Below, in pieces: positions 21,554 to 32,112 of a stretch of DNA of 64,000 nt. Source of the stretch: an uncultured Spirochaetota bacterium (GTDB taxonomy: Bacteria > Spirochaetota > Spirochaetia > SZUA-6 > Fen-1364). Location: assembly GCA_963745235.1 (NCBI GenBank), contig CAVUXE010000003.1:64001-128000 (forward strand), read 5' to 3'. Position numbers and translations under genes: made by a program. The notes under the pieces are model-generated. The model had not been told where the DNA came from and searched no databases. It worked only from the letters and a program-made list of their open reading frames with translations. The first letter of the stretch is position 1. Each line of letters begins with the position of its first letter.

Positions 21554-22528
21554 GTGAAAGAGCCACTGAAGCTGCCCTTTGTCTTCCTCTTCATCCTCCT
21601 GTGCGTGACAGTGGTTCTTTCAGCACTCGCGCTTTTTTCCGCGTGGGGGCGGTCCGGCTCCGGCGCTCCGTTCGACCTCGCGTGGCTCCTGGGGCATTTC
21701 GCCGCGGCGGCCTTCGAGGTGCTCATCCCCGCCGTCGTCATCTCCATCGTGCTGCTCGGCTTTCGCATGGCGCGCCGTCCCTTTTCCCGGCTCGGCGGCT
21801 TCCTGATCACGTTGTGCGTCGGCTATATCGTCCTGGTGAACGGAATGATTCTTCTTTCCTCCCTGTCAGGCAAGGCAGGGCCGGCGACGTCTGAGGCACG
21901 GGGCTCTCTGCAGCCGCAGACATTCACGCGCCTCGGCACCGCGGTTATTGCCCCTGCGGCCGTGTCAGGTGACAGGCTCGGCGGCGTGCTCCTCTACGAT
22001 GCAGCTGCCCCGCAGGAGCATCTCACCGTGTACCCGGCGGGCAGCGTGTCCGCGGGGGAAGGCGGCCTCTCGGTAACCCTTATTGGGCGAACGCAGCGGG
22101 AGGTCTCCGGGGAGCCCCTGGCTGCACGCTCATCCCTGTTCGCCCCGGACGCCCTCTCCGCCTCGCTCCTTCGCGACACCAGCACCCTCACGGAAGACTT
22201 CCAGCAGCTCATGCAGAGAGGGCTCCCGGACTTCTTTGCCGCTTGTTTTGCGCTGGTATTCCTCTGCGCGGCCTCGCTGGCTATCCTGAGGGTGACCCGC
22301 TGGCCGCTTGCCAACATCATGCTCCTCATGCTGGCGGTCCGCGGATATTTCCTTCTCTACCACCTCCTGGCCACCCGTTTTGCGCCCGCCGTTGCGGGCG
22401 CGGTCACCGACCCGCTCCTGGCCCGACTCTTCCCGTCTGCGTCCTTCATTGTCCTTGGTGTCCTTCTCCTCCTCGTCGACATTCTCTTCATCCCCGCCGA
22501 CAGGTGGTCGCGGATCGAGCCGGCATGA
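21554..22528 (+). CDS. 6-TM membrane protein with a central periplasmic domain (LptF/G-like topology)
   Basis: 3 TM + soluble region + 3 TM; ATGA overlap with the next gene. Confidence 0.6.
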   Translation: MKEPLKLPFVFLFILLCVTVVLSALALFSAWGRSGSGAPFDLAWLLGHFAAAAFEVLIPAVVISIVLLGFRMARRPFSRLGGFLITLCVGYIVLVNGMILLSSLSGKAGPATSEARGSLQPQTFTRLGTAVIAPAAVSGDRLGGVLLYDAAAPQEHLTVYPAGSVSAGEGGLSVTLIGRTQREVSGEPLAARSSLFAPDALSASLLRDTSTLTEDFQQLMQRGLPDFFAACFALVFLCAASLAILRVTRWPLANIMLLMLAVRGYFLLYHLLATRFAPAVAGAVTDPLLARLFPSASFIVLGVLLLLVDILFIPADRWSRIEPA

Positions 22529-24228
22529 ACAGATCACTCCTCGGAAGGATCAGCGCATTCCTTTTCGCTTTCTACGGCCTTTCCTTCGGGGTCTTCTACC
22601 TCGTGTCCGCCCTTCGCTTCACCTCGGAGCTGGTCCTGCCCTCCCTTCGATGGACGTATGCCCTTGATCAGGCCTTCATCCTGTTCATCGACTACCTCCT
22701 TCCCGTCCACGCGGCTGCCATTGCGGTTGCAGCATCCCTGTCACAGCGCGCCGAACCTGCGTCGCAGGCGCAGCCATTCAACAGACTTGTCGCCTCCAGC
22801 CTCGTGACATTCCTCCTTCTCAGTGCCGCCTACACGCTGGCCTTCGAGATCACCTACCCGGCGGCACGCCACCGGCTGACGGACCTCCAGCACACGAGCA
22901 GCCTCGCGCGTCAGATCAGGACGCAATCAGAGCAGGCGGAGCAGAGCAGGGACTACAGGACGAGCCTCGGCCTGGTCAATCGTTATCTCACCCTGGACCC
23001 GGGCAACCGGCAGATGGAAGACCGCAGGGATGCGCTGGAGACCCTTGCAGCGCATCAGGCGGCGCCGCCCCTGCCTCCCAAGCCCCCGGGTGAAGAGGCA
23101 GGCTCGGTGGTGGGCGCCCAGGCGCTGATGGAGAAGGCGCAAGGATATTTCGCCAGCAAGGACTGGTTCTCCGCGCACTACTATGCGCAGAAGGCGAACC
23201 TCCTTGATCCTCGCCGCACGGATGCGCTGCGTCTTGCCGCCGAGGCATCCCAGATGCTCGCGGAGGCCGCCACGCCGGGCCCCAAAAAAGATGCCATGCG
23301 CGCCGCGCTGTACCAGAAGAAAAGAGAAGCCTACCTGCTCCTGAGCGGAGGAAACTCGCTGGAAGCCTATTACAGCTTCACGAAGCTCGCGGTCCTCTAT
23401 CCGCAGGACAGGGACATTGCCACCTATCTGGGGATAGCCAGCGAAGAGGTGAGCAGGAAGTCCTTCTTCCTGGACGAGGCGCGGAGAGTGGAAGCGCTGC
23501 CCGGTGTGGAGCGGATCCTTTTTTACAACAGGGTGGGCGCGGATGGAATGGAGGCGGTTGCCTTCGGGCGGATGGTGCAGGCCAGGGAAGGAACCTATTT
23601 CCTCGACGTCGAGGCGATGCGATACGATGCGGCGGGGAACGTGGCATGGCATTTCCGTGCACCCTATGGGAAGCTCCAGGACAGCACCATCCTTCTGCGG
23701 TGCGTGGACAGGAACAACGCCGCCGTCCAGTTCGTGCCCCTGTACTTGCAGGGCACCCGGCCCGCCCAGGAAAGGGCCTTTCTTCGCATGGCGCCCGCGC
23801 AAGATGAGCTGCAGTTCCTGTCCACTCAGAAGGACACCCTGGCGGATGCCGGCCCCGTCGAGCTGTGGCGCCTGCGCGACTCCCTGGGATCCTTCGGGTT
23901 GTCCCGGGTCGCCCTCACCGTGCAGCTCGTGATGAAGCTCGTCATGCCTTTCGCGTTCCTCATCCTGTCCCTGCTCGCCCTGCCTTTCGGCTGGGCGTTT
24001 CGGGCGCGCTCCGGCGCGGCTCCGTCCGGTTTTGCCGTCCTGCTGGTTCCCCTCGTCCCCATCGTTCTCTCCGTCCTGACCATGCTGTACGTATACGCCC
24101 ACCGTGTGCTCCTGGGATTCGCCGTGCTTGCGTTCGGCTTCACCGCCGCGCTGGTCCTCGGCGCCATCCTCCAGTTCGTGCTGCTCGCGACGGCGCTCGT
24201 CATTCTGGCAGGGCAATCGAGCGCTTGA
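22525..24228 (+). CDS. LptF/LptG-like permease with an inserted TPR-like region
   Basis: [17 protein letters not shown] and [19 protein letters not shown] resemble LptF/G helices; helical repeats ending LDP. Confidence 0.6.
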   Translation: MNRSLLGRISAFLFAFYGLSFGVFYLVSALRFTSELVLPSLRWTYALDQAFILFIDYLLPVHAAAIAVAASLSQRAEPASQAQPFNRLVASSLVTFLLLSAAYTLAFEITYPAARHRLTDLQHTSSLARQIRTQSEQAEQSRDYRTSLGLVNRYLTLDPGNRQMEDRRDALETLAAHQAAPPLPPKPPGEEAGSVVGAQALMEKAQGYFASKDWFSAHYYAQKANLLDPRRTDALRLAAEASQMLAEAATPGPKKDAMRAALYQKKREAYLLLSGGNSLEAYYSFTKLAVLYPQDRDIATYLGIASEEVSRKSFFLDEARRVEALPGVERILFYNRVGADGMEAVAFGRMVQAREGTYFLDVEAMRYDAAGNVAWHFRAPYGKLQDSTILLRCVDRNNAAVQFVPLYLQGTRPAQERAFLRMAPAQDELQFLSTQKDTLADAGPVELWRLRDSLGSFGLSRVALTVQLVMKLVMPFAFLILSLLALPFGWAFRARSGAAPSGFAVLLVPLVPIVLSVLTMLYVYAHRVLLGFAVLAFGFTAALVLGAILQFVLLATALVILAGQSSA

Positions 24229-25013
24229 TGGCAATCGCCGGCAAGCTCATTGGGGCCCTGATCGGCTCCATCGCCGGGCCGTTCGGTGCGATCTTTGGAG
24301 GGCTGATTGGGCACCTGTTCGATCGGGCCGTAGAGGACCGCCAACTGCCTGGCTGGCGAAGAGACCCGCGCCTCGGACGCGACCCCTGGACGCAGGGACC
24401 CGTTGACCCTGTTTCCCAGGCGCAAGTCAATTTTCTCACCTGCCTGATCGGCCTTTCCCTCGCCGTGGCGGAGACCGACGGCGCCGTGAGGGTATCTCAC
24501 CTCACGGCAATGAAGGACTTCTTTCGCCGCAACTTCTCCTTCCCCTCCGTGGACCAGGAGCTTCTCCAGAGGCTGATCGACGAGATGTACGCAAACAGGC
24601 ACCGCATCGACGTCCCGGGGTTGTGCGCCTATTACGTCGGTGTCTCCACCTCGGAAGGCCGGGTGCTGCTGCTGCGTCTTCTCTTCCAGATTGCGCTGTC
24701 GGACCCGCTCGGCGTCAGCAGCGGCGAAGAGGAACGCATCCGCCGCATCTCCCTCCTCCTCGGGATGGAAGACGGGGTCTTTCGGCGTGTGCGCGCGGAG
24801 TTCGTGGGCAACGGGCAGGCCGCGTGGGAAGTGCTGGGGGTGTCACCGGACTCCGACGTTGATGAGATCAAGGCGGCCTACCGCCAGATGGCCCTCCAGA
24901 ACCACCCCGACAGGGTCGCCAACCTGGGCCCCGAGTTCGTGAGGATGGCGGAGGAAAAGTTCAAGGCCGTCCAGGAAGCCTACGAGGAGATACGCAGGCA
25001 GAGAGGCTTCTGA
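24228..25013 (+). CDS. djlA: DjlA-like co-chaperone (TM + TerB + J domain)
   Basis: [16 protein letters not shown]; AETDGAV; HPD motif. Confidence 0.88.
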   Translation: MAIAGKLIGALIGSIAGPFGAIFGGLIGHLFDRAVEDRQLPGWRRDPRLGRDPWTQGPVDPVSQAQVNFLTCLIGLSLAVAETDGAVRVSHLTAMKDFFRRNFSFPSVDQELLQRLIDEMYANRHRIDVPGLCAYYVGVSTSEGRVLLLRLLFQIALSDPLGVSSGEEERIRRISLLLGMEDGVFRRVRAEFVGNGQAAWEVLGVSPDSDVDEIKAAYRQMALQNHPDRVANLGPEFVRMAEEKFKAVQEAYEEIRRQRGF

Positions 25014-25038
25014 GAGGAAACGGCCTCCGCGGCCCGGC

Positions 25039-25587
25039 TTATTTCACAAGAAAGACGAAACGGGCGCTGATGTAGAGGACGTCCACGAAGTTCTGCGAAA
25101 AAGTCGAGTTGGCTGGCATGATGAGATAGACGCCTCCTCCCAGCCGGAACCACGGGGCAAGCTCGACGCTCGCGTTGATGTCGGAGAGCACCAGGGACTG
25201 GGCCGTGAGGCTTGCCAGGCCGAGCCCGAAAGCGCCAAAAATGAAGCCGCCGGCAGTTGCTTCCAGCACGACCGGGCTCAGGTGCAGCTCCAGGAAAGCC
25301 TCGGGATAGATGAGGCTGATGATAAAGAGCGTTGGGATGCGGACCCCGATCCCGCCCCGCAGCAGCCCTTCCTCCCCGAACTGGTAGTAGGCGCGAAAAT
25401 CCGGAACGAGGAAGTAGTACTTCGAGATGTCCAGGCTGGTTCCTCCGAAAAGGGTGGACGAGCTGTTGATTCCAATACTGAGCGGCCAGGCGAGGTTCCC
25501 TTCCAACCGCGCCTGGGCGCCGGCGCTCATCGTCCCCCGGAGCACGAGGAGCGCAACAAGCATGGACAGGACTGTGGCTTTTTTCAT
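25039..25587 (-). CDS. Hypothetical exported beta-strand-rich (possibly outer-membrane) protein
   Basis: MKK signal peptide; GAGGA RBS; alternating hydrophobic strands; C-terminal SARFVF. Confidence 0.6.
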   Translation of the reverse strand: MKKATVLSMLVALLVLRGTMSAGAQARLEGNLAWPLSIGINSSSTLFGGTSLDISKYYFLVPDFRAYYQFGEEGLLRGGIGVRIPTLFIISLIYPEAFLELHLSPVVLEATAGGFIFGAFGLGLASLTAQSLVLSDINASVELAPWFRLGGGVYLIMPANSTFSQNFVDVLYISARFVFLVK

Positions 25588-25623
25588 GACTTTCCTCCTC
25601 ACACTGTTTTCAAAATCGCCTTC

Positions 25624-26906
25624 TTATGCACCGTTCTTGCGGATCCTGGCACCGAGGCTCTGGAGCCTCTGTGTCAGGTTCTCGTACCCCCTTTCGATCT
25701 GGTAGACGTTCTGGATGGTGCTCCGCCCCTGGGCGCACAGGGCCGCAATGAGCATGGCCATGCCGGCCCGGACGTCGGGAGAGACCAGCTCTGATCCCGC
25801 CAGGCGGGACGGGCCCGACACCACCGCGCGGTGCGGGTCGCAGAGGATGATCTTTGCCCCCATCCCGATCAGCTTGTCTACATAGAACATGCGGGATTCG
25901 AACATCTTCTCGTGGATGAGGACCGTCCCCTCCGCCTGCGTTGCCGCCACCAGGGCAATGCTGATGATATCAGCGGGGAACCCCGGCCATGGCGCATCGT
26001 CGATCTTGGGGATCTGGCCGCCCATGGTCGGCACCACCTTGAGGCCCTGGGATGCCGGGACGTGGATCGTGTCCCCCGAGGTCTCCCAGGCAATCCCGAG
26101 CTTTGCCAGGGCCGAACCTCGTCATGCGCATGTTCTGCGGGGCGGCGTCTTCGATCTCCAGCTCGCCGCGCGTGGCCGCGGCGAGACCGATCAGGGAGCC
26201 GACCTCCATGTAGTCGCTGCCGATGCGGAACTCCGTCCCGGAGAGCCGCGTGACCCCCTCGATGGAAAGGATGTTGGAGCCGATGCCGCTGATGCGGGCG
26301 CCCATGGAGACGAGCATCCGGCACAGGTCCTGGACGTGCGGCTCGGATGCCGCGTTCTCGATGACGGTGGTGCCCTCCGCCAGCACCGCGGCCATGAGCG
26401 CGTTCTCCGTTGCGGTGACGGAAGCCTCGTCCAGGAAAATAGGGGCGCCCTTGAGCTTGTTGGCGAGCAGCGTGAAGAAGCTTCCCAGCTCCACGCGGGT
26501 CCCCAGCTCCATCAACGCGAGGAAGTGCGTATCCAGCGGCCTCCTGCCGATCCCATCCCCGCCCGGGAGGCGGCAGCAGCACCCGGCCTTTCCGCGCCAG
26601 GAGCGGGCCGGCGAACAGGATGGATGCGCGGATCTTCTGCGAGAGATGGGGGGGGATCTCTTCCCGCTTTATGTCCAGGCACTGGAAGCGCCAGCGGTTG
26701 TGGTCCAGCTTTTCCGCTGAGCAGCCGAGGACCTTGAGGATCTCGATCATCACGTGAACGTCTTCGATCTCCGGGAGGTTCGACAGGATGACGGGTTGGT
26801 CGGTGAGGAGCGTCGCCGCGAGGCACGGCAGGGCGGAGTTCTTGTTCCCGCTCGCCTTGATCCGGCCCTTGAGGGGGAAGCCACCCTCGATCTCGTAGTG
26901 GCACAT
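25624..26906 (-). CDS. murA: UDP-N-acetylglucosamine 1-carboxyvinyltransferase, split by two +1 indels (near 26563 and 26110)
   Basis: [47 protein letters not shown]. Confidence 0.93.
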
Positions 26907-27018
26907 AAGACCCATTATAGCATTTTCTTTCCTTGTGTCCCCGGTTTCTATACCTTTGGTACGAGCACGCACATATCCTATTGCGTTCCGCAAAAGTCTG
27001 CAGGAGAGGAGAGTCACC

Positions 27019-27414
27019 ATGCCTGAATTGAAGGATCTGTTCCAGTCAGCGGATTGGAAAAAGGAAAAGCACGCGCCGGTCATCGAGACCCCGGAGACGG
27101 TAAAAAAGGGGGAAGCGGTTGCCGTGAACGTCAGCGTCGGCAAGGAGATCCCGCATCCCAACACCACTCCCCACCACATCCGGTGGATCGAGGTCTTCTT
27201 CCACCCGGATGGCGCAAAGTTCCCCTTCCAGGTTGCTCGCGTGGAGTTCACCGCCCACGGCGAGTCGGCGGACGGGCCTGACACGAGCAGCATCTACACG
27301 AACCCCGCGCTCGCCTGCTCCTTCAAGACCGAGAAGCCCGGGACAATCCTTGCCTCCTCGTACTGCAACATCCACGGCCTCTGGCAGAGCGAAAAGAAGA
27401 TCGGGATCGCGTAG
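27019..27414 (+). CDS. sor: 1Fe superoxide reductase (neelaredoxin/class II SOR)
   Basis: EKHAP, HPNTTPHHIRWI, CNIHG iron ligands; AGGAG RBS. Confidence 0.92.
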   Translation: MPELKDLFQSADWKKEKHAPVIETPETVKKGEAVAVNVSVGKEIPHPNTTPHHIRWIEVFFHPDGAKFPFQVARVEFTAHGESADGPDTSSIYTNPALACSFKTEKPGTILASSYCNIHGLWQSEKKIGIA

Positions 27415-27423
27415 GAGGGATTC

Positions 27424-27909
27424 ATGGACGCGCAACTGGAGAAGCTCCTTCAGGACCAGATCAGGAACGAATGGTACTCCGCATATCTGTACCTCTCCAT
27501 GGCGGTGTGGGCGGAGATGATGAACCTGGAAGGTTTCGCCAACTGGATGAAAAAGCAGGCTGGCGAAGAGCAGGTGCACGGACAGAAGATGTTCGACTTC
27601 CTGATAGACCGCGGTGTGAAGGTGGTCCTGCAGGGAATCCCCCAGCCGCCTTCGGATTTCGCGTCGCCGCTGGACGTCTTCCAGAAGTCGCTGGAACATG
27701 AGAAGAAGGTAACGACCATGATCCACGCCATCGCGGACATGGCGGAAAAGGTGAATGATCACCCGACGAAGGTCTTCATCCAGTGGTTCGTGACCGAGCA
27801 GATTGAAGAAGAGAAGAACGCCTCGCACTACACGGAGCTTCTGAAACGGGTTCCCGCCGACTCGGGGGGCATCTTCCAGATAGACCACCAGCTGTCAAAG
27901 CGGGAATAG
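27424..27909 (+). CDS. ftnA: Non-heme ferritin
   Basis: E..SAYLY, EEQVH, HEKKVT, WFVTEQIEEE ferroxidase residues. Confidence 0.93.
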   Translation: MDAQLEKLLQDQIRNEWYSAYLYLSMAVWAEMMNLEGFANWMKKQAGEEQVHGQKMFDFLIDRGVKVVLQGIPQPPSDFASPLDVFQKSLEHEKKVTTMIHAIADMAEKVNDHPTKVFIQWFVTEQIEEEKNASHYTELLKRVPADSGGIFQIDHQLSKRE

Positions 27910-28497
27910 GGGCATGGCCATGCGGCGAAACGCGAACGCATGGCCTGCCACGACCAGGGGAGGGGTTTCGCTCACCACGGCGAAGCCCAGCCTCTGGTAA
28001 AGCCGTTGGGCGTCCGGGTTGTCGGTCTCGACGTCCAGAACCATGCGGCTCGCCCCTGCCCGTCCTGCCTCATCACGGGCCCGGGCGACCAGCAGCGCGC
28101 CAATTCCCCTGCCGCGATGCTCGGGATAGACTGCAACGTTGCTGATGTAATACTCGTCCCTGCGGATCCGTCCCACGGCGGACTGCGACCTCAGCAAGGC
28201 CGGGAGACGACGGACCATGTCCGACCTGAGAAGGAGGAGGAGCGCCAGTCCGGTGCGCAGGTCCTGTGCTCCCTTTGCCTGCCCTGCATACCCAAGGAGC
28301 ATCCCCCGGACGCCTCCCTCCTCTTCCGCGATCAAGGCGTGCTCATGGCCAAAAAGCGTCCCCTGGCCCGCTGCAAGTCCTTCGAGGGCCCGCGCTATGC
28401 CCGGACCGAAGACCGCGGGGAGAAAGTGCGGTGCGGAAAGGAGCATGAGGCGCGCGATGTCAGGTGCATCACCCGCGCGCGCGCCGCGAATCTCCAT
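27895..28497 (-). CDS. GNAT family N-acetyltransferase (start 28497 or 28521)
   Basis: NVAVYPEHRGRGIG, N.DAQRLYQRLGF. Confidence 0.88.
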   Translation of the reverse strand: MEIRGARAGDAPDIARLMLLSAPHFLPAVFGPGIARALEGLAAGQGTLFGHEHALIAEEEGGVRGMLLGYAGQAKGAQDLRTGLALLLLLRSDMVRRLPALLRSQSAVGRIRRDEYYISNVAVYPEHRGRGIGALLVARARDEAGRAGASRMVLDVETDNPDAQRLYQRLGFAVVSETPPLVVAGHAFAFRRMAMPLFPL

Positions 28498-28536
28498 TCT
28501 CTGTGCAAGCTGGGTCACCACGCACGCTCACTGTTC

Positions 28537-28566
28537 TTGACAACCGGACCGGTCGCCCCGTATTGT
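28537..28566 (+). promoter_or_regulatory. sigma70 promoter of the peptide ABC operon
   Basis: TTGACA-N18-TATTGT; AAGGAG RBS downstream. Confidence 0.55.
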
Positions 28567-28594
28567 ACCATGACCATATGAGAAAGGAGAGAGT

Positions 28595-30148
28595 ATGAGA
28601 AGACTCATCACGCTGCTAGCGGTTTTTGCCCTGCTGGGGGCGGCTGTCGTCACATGGGCGCAGGCCAACGACACGCTGGTGTACGGGACCACGGACAAGG
28701 TCACCGACATGGACCCGGCAAGCGCTTACGATTTCCATACGTGGGAAATCTTCCAGAACGTCAGCTCGGGTCTCCTTGCATACACCCCTGGCACCACCAA
28801 GATCGTGCCGGGGCTGGCCACGGGCTACACGGTCAGCGAAGGAGGTGACGAGTACACCTTCAGCTTGCGAAAGGGAGTGAAGTTCTCCAACGGCAACCCT
28901 TTCAACGCAGAGGCGGTGAAGTGGAGCATCGACAGGGTAGCCAAGCTCAATGGGGACCCGGCCGCGCTGGTGACCCAGTACGTCAAGTCCGTGGAGGTCG
29001 TGGATGACGCCACGGTGAAGTTCATCCTCAAGCAGCCCGTCGGGTACTTCCCCGCGCTCGTCGCCACCCCCACCTACTTCCCCATGGACCCCAGCGTCTA
29101 CCCTGAGGACAAGATCGTGAAGGACGTGGGTGAGCTGAACGGCGGGGAGATTGCCGCCCTCGGGCCGTACAAGCTGACTTCCTTCAAGAGGGATGAAGAG
29201 GCGGTCTTCGAGAACAACCCGAACTATTGGGGCAAACAGCCGCCCATCAAGAAGATCATCATCCGCTACTTCGCTGACGCAACCACCATGAGGCTGGCCC
29301 TCGAGAAGGGGGAGATCGACCTGGCGTTCAAGTCCATGAACCCCTCCGATATCGCTGACCTGCTGAAAAATACAAAGTACAACTCCTGGAAGATCCCGGG
29401 GCCGCAGATCCGCTACCTGTGCTTCGAGACCTCGGAGAGCGTGTTCAAGGAGAAGAAGGCCCGCCAGGCGGTGGCCGCGCTGATCAACAGGCCGCAGATC
29501 AACAGAAGGTCTACCTCGGAGAGAATGCGCCCCTGTACTCCATGATCCCCATGGGCATGAGCTATCATACCGACTACTTCAAGTCCACGTGGGGAGACGG
29601 GAACGTGGCAGCCGCGGATAAGCTGCTGAAGAGCCTTGGCTACACGAAGGCGAAGCCCTTCGAGTTCGACCTGTGGTACACCCCGAGCCATTACGGCGAC
29701 CCCGAGGTGAACATGGCAGAGGTCCTGAAGGCCCAGATGGAGAAGAGCGCGCTCGTGAAGGTGAACATCAAGTCGGCGGAGTGGGCGACCTACAAGCAGC
29801 AGTGGGACCAGAAGCAGATGCCCGCGTTCCTCCTCGGCTGGTATCCCGACTACATCGATCCGGACGACTACACCTCTCCCTTCGCGCAGACCGAAGGCTC
29901 AAAGGGCATGGGGATTTTCTTCACCAACGCGGACTGGGACAAGCTCTTCCTCAAGGAGCAGTCAGCAAGCGATGACGCCGTGCGCAGACGCCACCTTCGC
30001 GAAGATCCAGAAGATGTGGACGGACGAGGTCATGACCGTTCCCATCTTCCAGGGCAACCTGTACGTCTTCACGAAGAAGAACCTGACCGGCGTCAGGATC
30101 GGACCGACTCTGATCTTCAACTACGACCAGCTGAAGTTCGTGAAATAG
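28595..30148 (+). CDS. Peptide/nickel ABC transporter substrate-binding protein (family 5), split by two indels (near 29503 and 29986)
   Basis: YTFSLRKGVKFSNG.PFNAEAV, GPYKL, GWYPDYIDPDDY; reading ends LKFVK-TAG at 30148. Confidence 0.9.
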
Positions 30149-30162
30149 AGCAGGCAACCGTC

Positions 30163-30196
30163 GTCGGGTCCCCGCCGGGGGACCCGACACCTTTTC
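30163..30196 (+). terminator. Strong intergenic hairpin after the SBP gene (mRNA stabiliser or partial terminator)
   Basis: GTCGGGTCCCC-GCCG-GGGGACCCGAC perfect 11-bp stem followed by ACCTTTTC. Confidence 0.7.
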
Positions 30197-30202
30197 CTTC
30201 CC

Positions 30203-31219
30203 ATGAGACACCTCCTCAGCTACGTCATCACCAGGCTCGTCCTGGCCGTCCCCATGGTCTTCATCCTGCTGACCCTCGTGTTCGTCGTTCTGCGGGTCAT
30301 GCCGGGAGACCCGGTGGGCGCCATGCTGGGAGGTCACGCCCCGCAGAAGGTGATCGATCAGAAGAAAGAGGAGCTGGGGCTCAACAAGCCAATCACCGTG
30401 CAGTACGTGGAATACCTTGGCCAACTCCTCCGCCTGGACCTCGGTGAGTCGATGATCTTCAAGCAGAAAGTCAGCCAGCCCATCGTGGAGAAGCTCCCCG
30501 CCACCATCGAGCTGACCCTCGCCGGGCTTCTGGTGAGCCTTGGCATCGGCGTGCCGCTGGGGGCATACGCGGCGCAGCGGAGGCGGACAGGGCGCGACTA
30601 TGCGGCCCGGCTGTACGCGAATATCGCCTACTGCATACCGGTGTTCTGGATGGGGCTCATGTTCCAGCTGATCTTCGGGGTGTGGCTGGGGTGGTTCCCG
30701 ATTGCCGGGAGAACCGGAGCTCGCGTGGACGTCTCCTTGTTCAGCAGGACCGGCTTTTACCTCTTCGACACGCTGCGCGCTGGCAACATCGGCGCCTTCG
30801 TGGACGTCCTGTGGCACCTTGTCCTTCCCGCCGTGACTCTCGGGGTGGTGCTGTCCGGCATTTTCGTCCGCCTCACCCGGGCGAACATGCTGGACGTCCT
30901 GAAGAGCGACTATATCCTGGCAGCCCGGGCGCGGGGGATCCCCGAGCGAAGGGTGGTGTACAGCCATGGCCTGCGCAACGCGCTCATCCCGGTGGTCACA
31001 ATGCTGGGGCTCCAGTTCAGCCTCCTCCTGGCGGGGGCAATCCTCACGGAGAGCACCTTCTCATGGCCCGGCATGGGCCGCCTGCTCCTGGAACGGATCT
31101 ACCTGCGGGACTACCCGGTGATCCAGGGGGTGATCATCGTGTACACGCTTTTCGTGAGCGTCGTATCCCTCCTTGTGGACCTCCTGTACGCGGCCATTGA
31201 TCCGCGGGTGAAATACTGA
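30203..31219 (+). CDS. Peptide ABC permease (DppB/OppB)
   Basis: MPGDP, DLGES, AARARG, TESTFSWPGMG, RDYPVIQG. Confidence 0.93.
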   Translation: MRHLLSYVITRLVLAVPMVFILLTLVFVVLRVMPGDPVGAMLGGHAPQKVIDQKKEELGLNKPITVQYVEYLGQLLRLDLGESMIFKQKVSQPIVEKLPATIELTLAGLLVSLGIGVPLGAYAAQRRRTGRDYAARLYANIAYCIPVFWMGLMFQLIFGVWLGWFPIAGRTGARVDVSLFSRTGFYLFDTLRAGNIGAFVDVLWHLVLPAVTLGVVLSGIFVRLTRANMLDVLKSDYILAARARGIPERRVVYSHGLRNALIPVVTMLGLQFSLLLAGAILTESTFSWPGMGRLLLERIYLRDYPVIQGVIIVYTLFVSVVSLLVDLLYAAIDPRVKY

Positions 31220-32112
31220 TGGGCAATCAGCAGCCGCCCCGCCGCCTCCTGCGCTTTTCCCCGGCGGCAGGGATCGCGTCACTGATCAGGAAATACGGCG
31301 GAGAGTGGTGGATCCTCATGGCGGGCGCTCTCATCATCGTCTTCATCGTTTTCATGACGGCGTTCCCGCGGGTTTTCACGCGCTACAGCCCGCTGGACCA
31401 GGAGGCGGGCGGTCAGATGACGGCCCCCAGCAGGGCGCATATCATGGGGACGGACAACCTGAGCCGCGACGTGTGGGCGCGCGTGGTCTACGGAGCGCAG
31501 ACCATCCTGGGGGTCGCCCTGGCCGCGGCCCTGATGTCCGCGTTGATCGGCATTCCCCTTGGCCTGCTCTCCGGCTTTGCCGGCGGCATCTTCGACCGGA
31601 TCCTTTCCCTCGTCATGGACTCCGTGTATTCGTTCCCGGGGCTGATCCTCGCAATCGCCTTTGCCGCCATGCTGGGTCCCGGGGTCATCAACATCACCCT
31701 CGCGGTGGCCGTGGTCTATATTCCCACATACTTCCGCCTGGTGCGCGGCCAGACCCTGTCCATCAAGGAAGAGGTCTACGTGGAAGCGGCTCGGGCCATC
31801 GGCGCCCGACGCCCGACCATTCTCAGCCGCTACGTGTTCCCCAACGTGATCGCCACCGTGGTCGTGATATTCTCCCTGAACATCGCGGATGCCATCATGA
31901 CCGAGGCAGCGCTTTCCTACATCGGGCTGGGGCTCCCCGCGGGAATTCCGGACTGGGGGATGGACCTTTCCATGGGGAAGAAGTTCCTTCCATCCGGCAT
32001 GTGGTGGATGATCACCTTCCCGGGACTCATGATCATGCTCCTTGCCCTCGGCTTCACAATGCTCGGCGAAGGTCTGGCCGAGGTGCTCAATCCCCGGCTG
32101 CTGGAGAAGTAA
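31219..32112 (+). CDS. Peptide ABC permease (DppC/OppC)
   Basis: MGTDNLSRD, YVEAARAIGA, EAALSYIGLG, WWMITFPG. Confidence 0.93.
   Translation: MGNQQPPRRLLRFSPAAGIASLIRKYGGEWWILMAGALIIVFIVFMTAFPRVFTRYSPLDQEAGGQMTAPSRAHIMGTDNLSRDVWARVVYGAQTILGVALAAALMSALIGIPLGLLSGFAGGIFDRILSLVMDSVYSFPGLILAIAFAAMLGPGVINITLAVAVVYIPTYFRLVRGQTLSIKEEVYVEAARAIGARRPTILSRYVFPNVIATVVVIFSLNIADAIMTEAALSYIGLGLPAGIPDWGMDLSMGKKFLPSGMWWMITFPGLMIMLLALGFTMLGEGLAEVLNPRLLEK

Noticed and set aside
25624-26906. murA, hydA, hydB, pspA and ABC genes as true pseudogenes or programmed frameshifts
   Set aside because: All motifs are intact, there are no slippery heptamers or nonsense decay, and a normally essential gene is affected; sequencing error is more parsimonious
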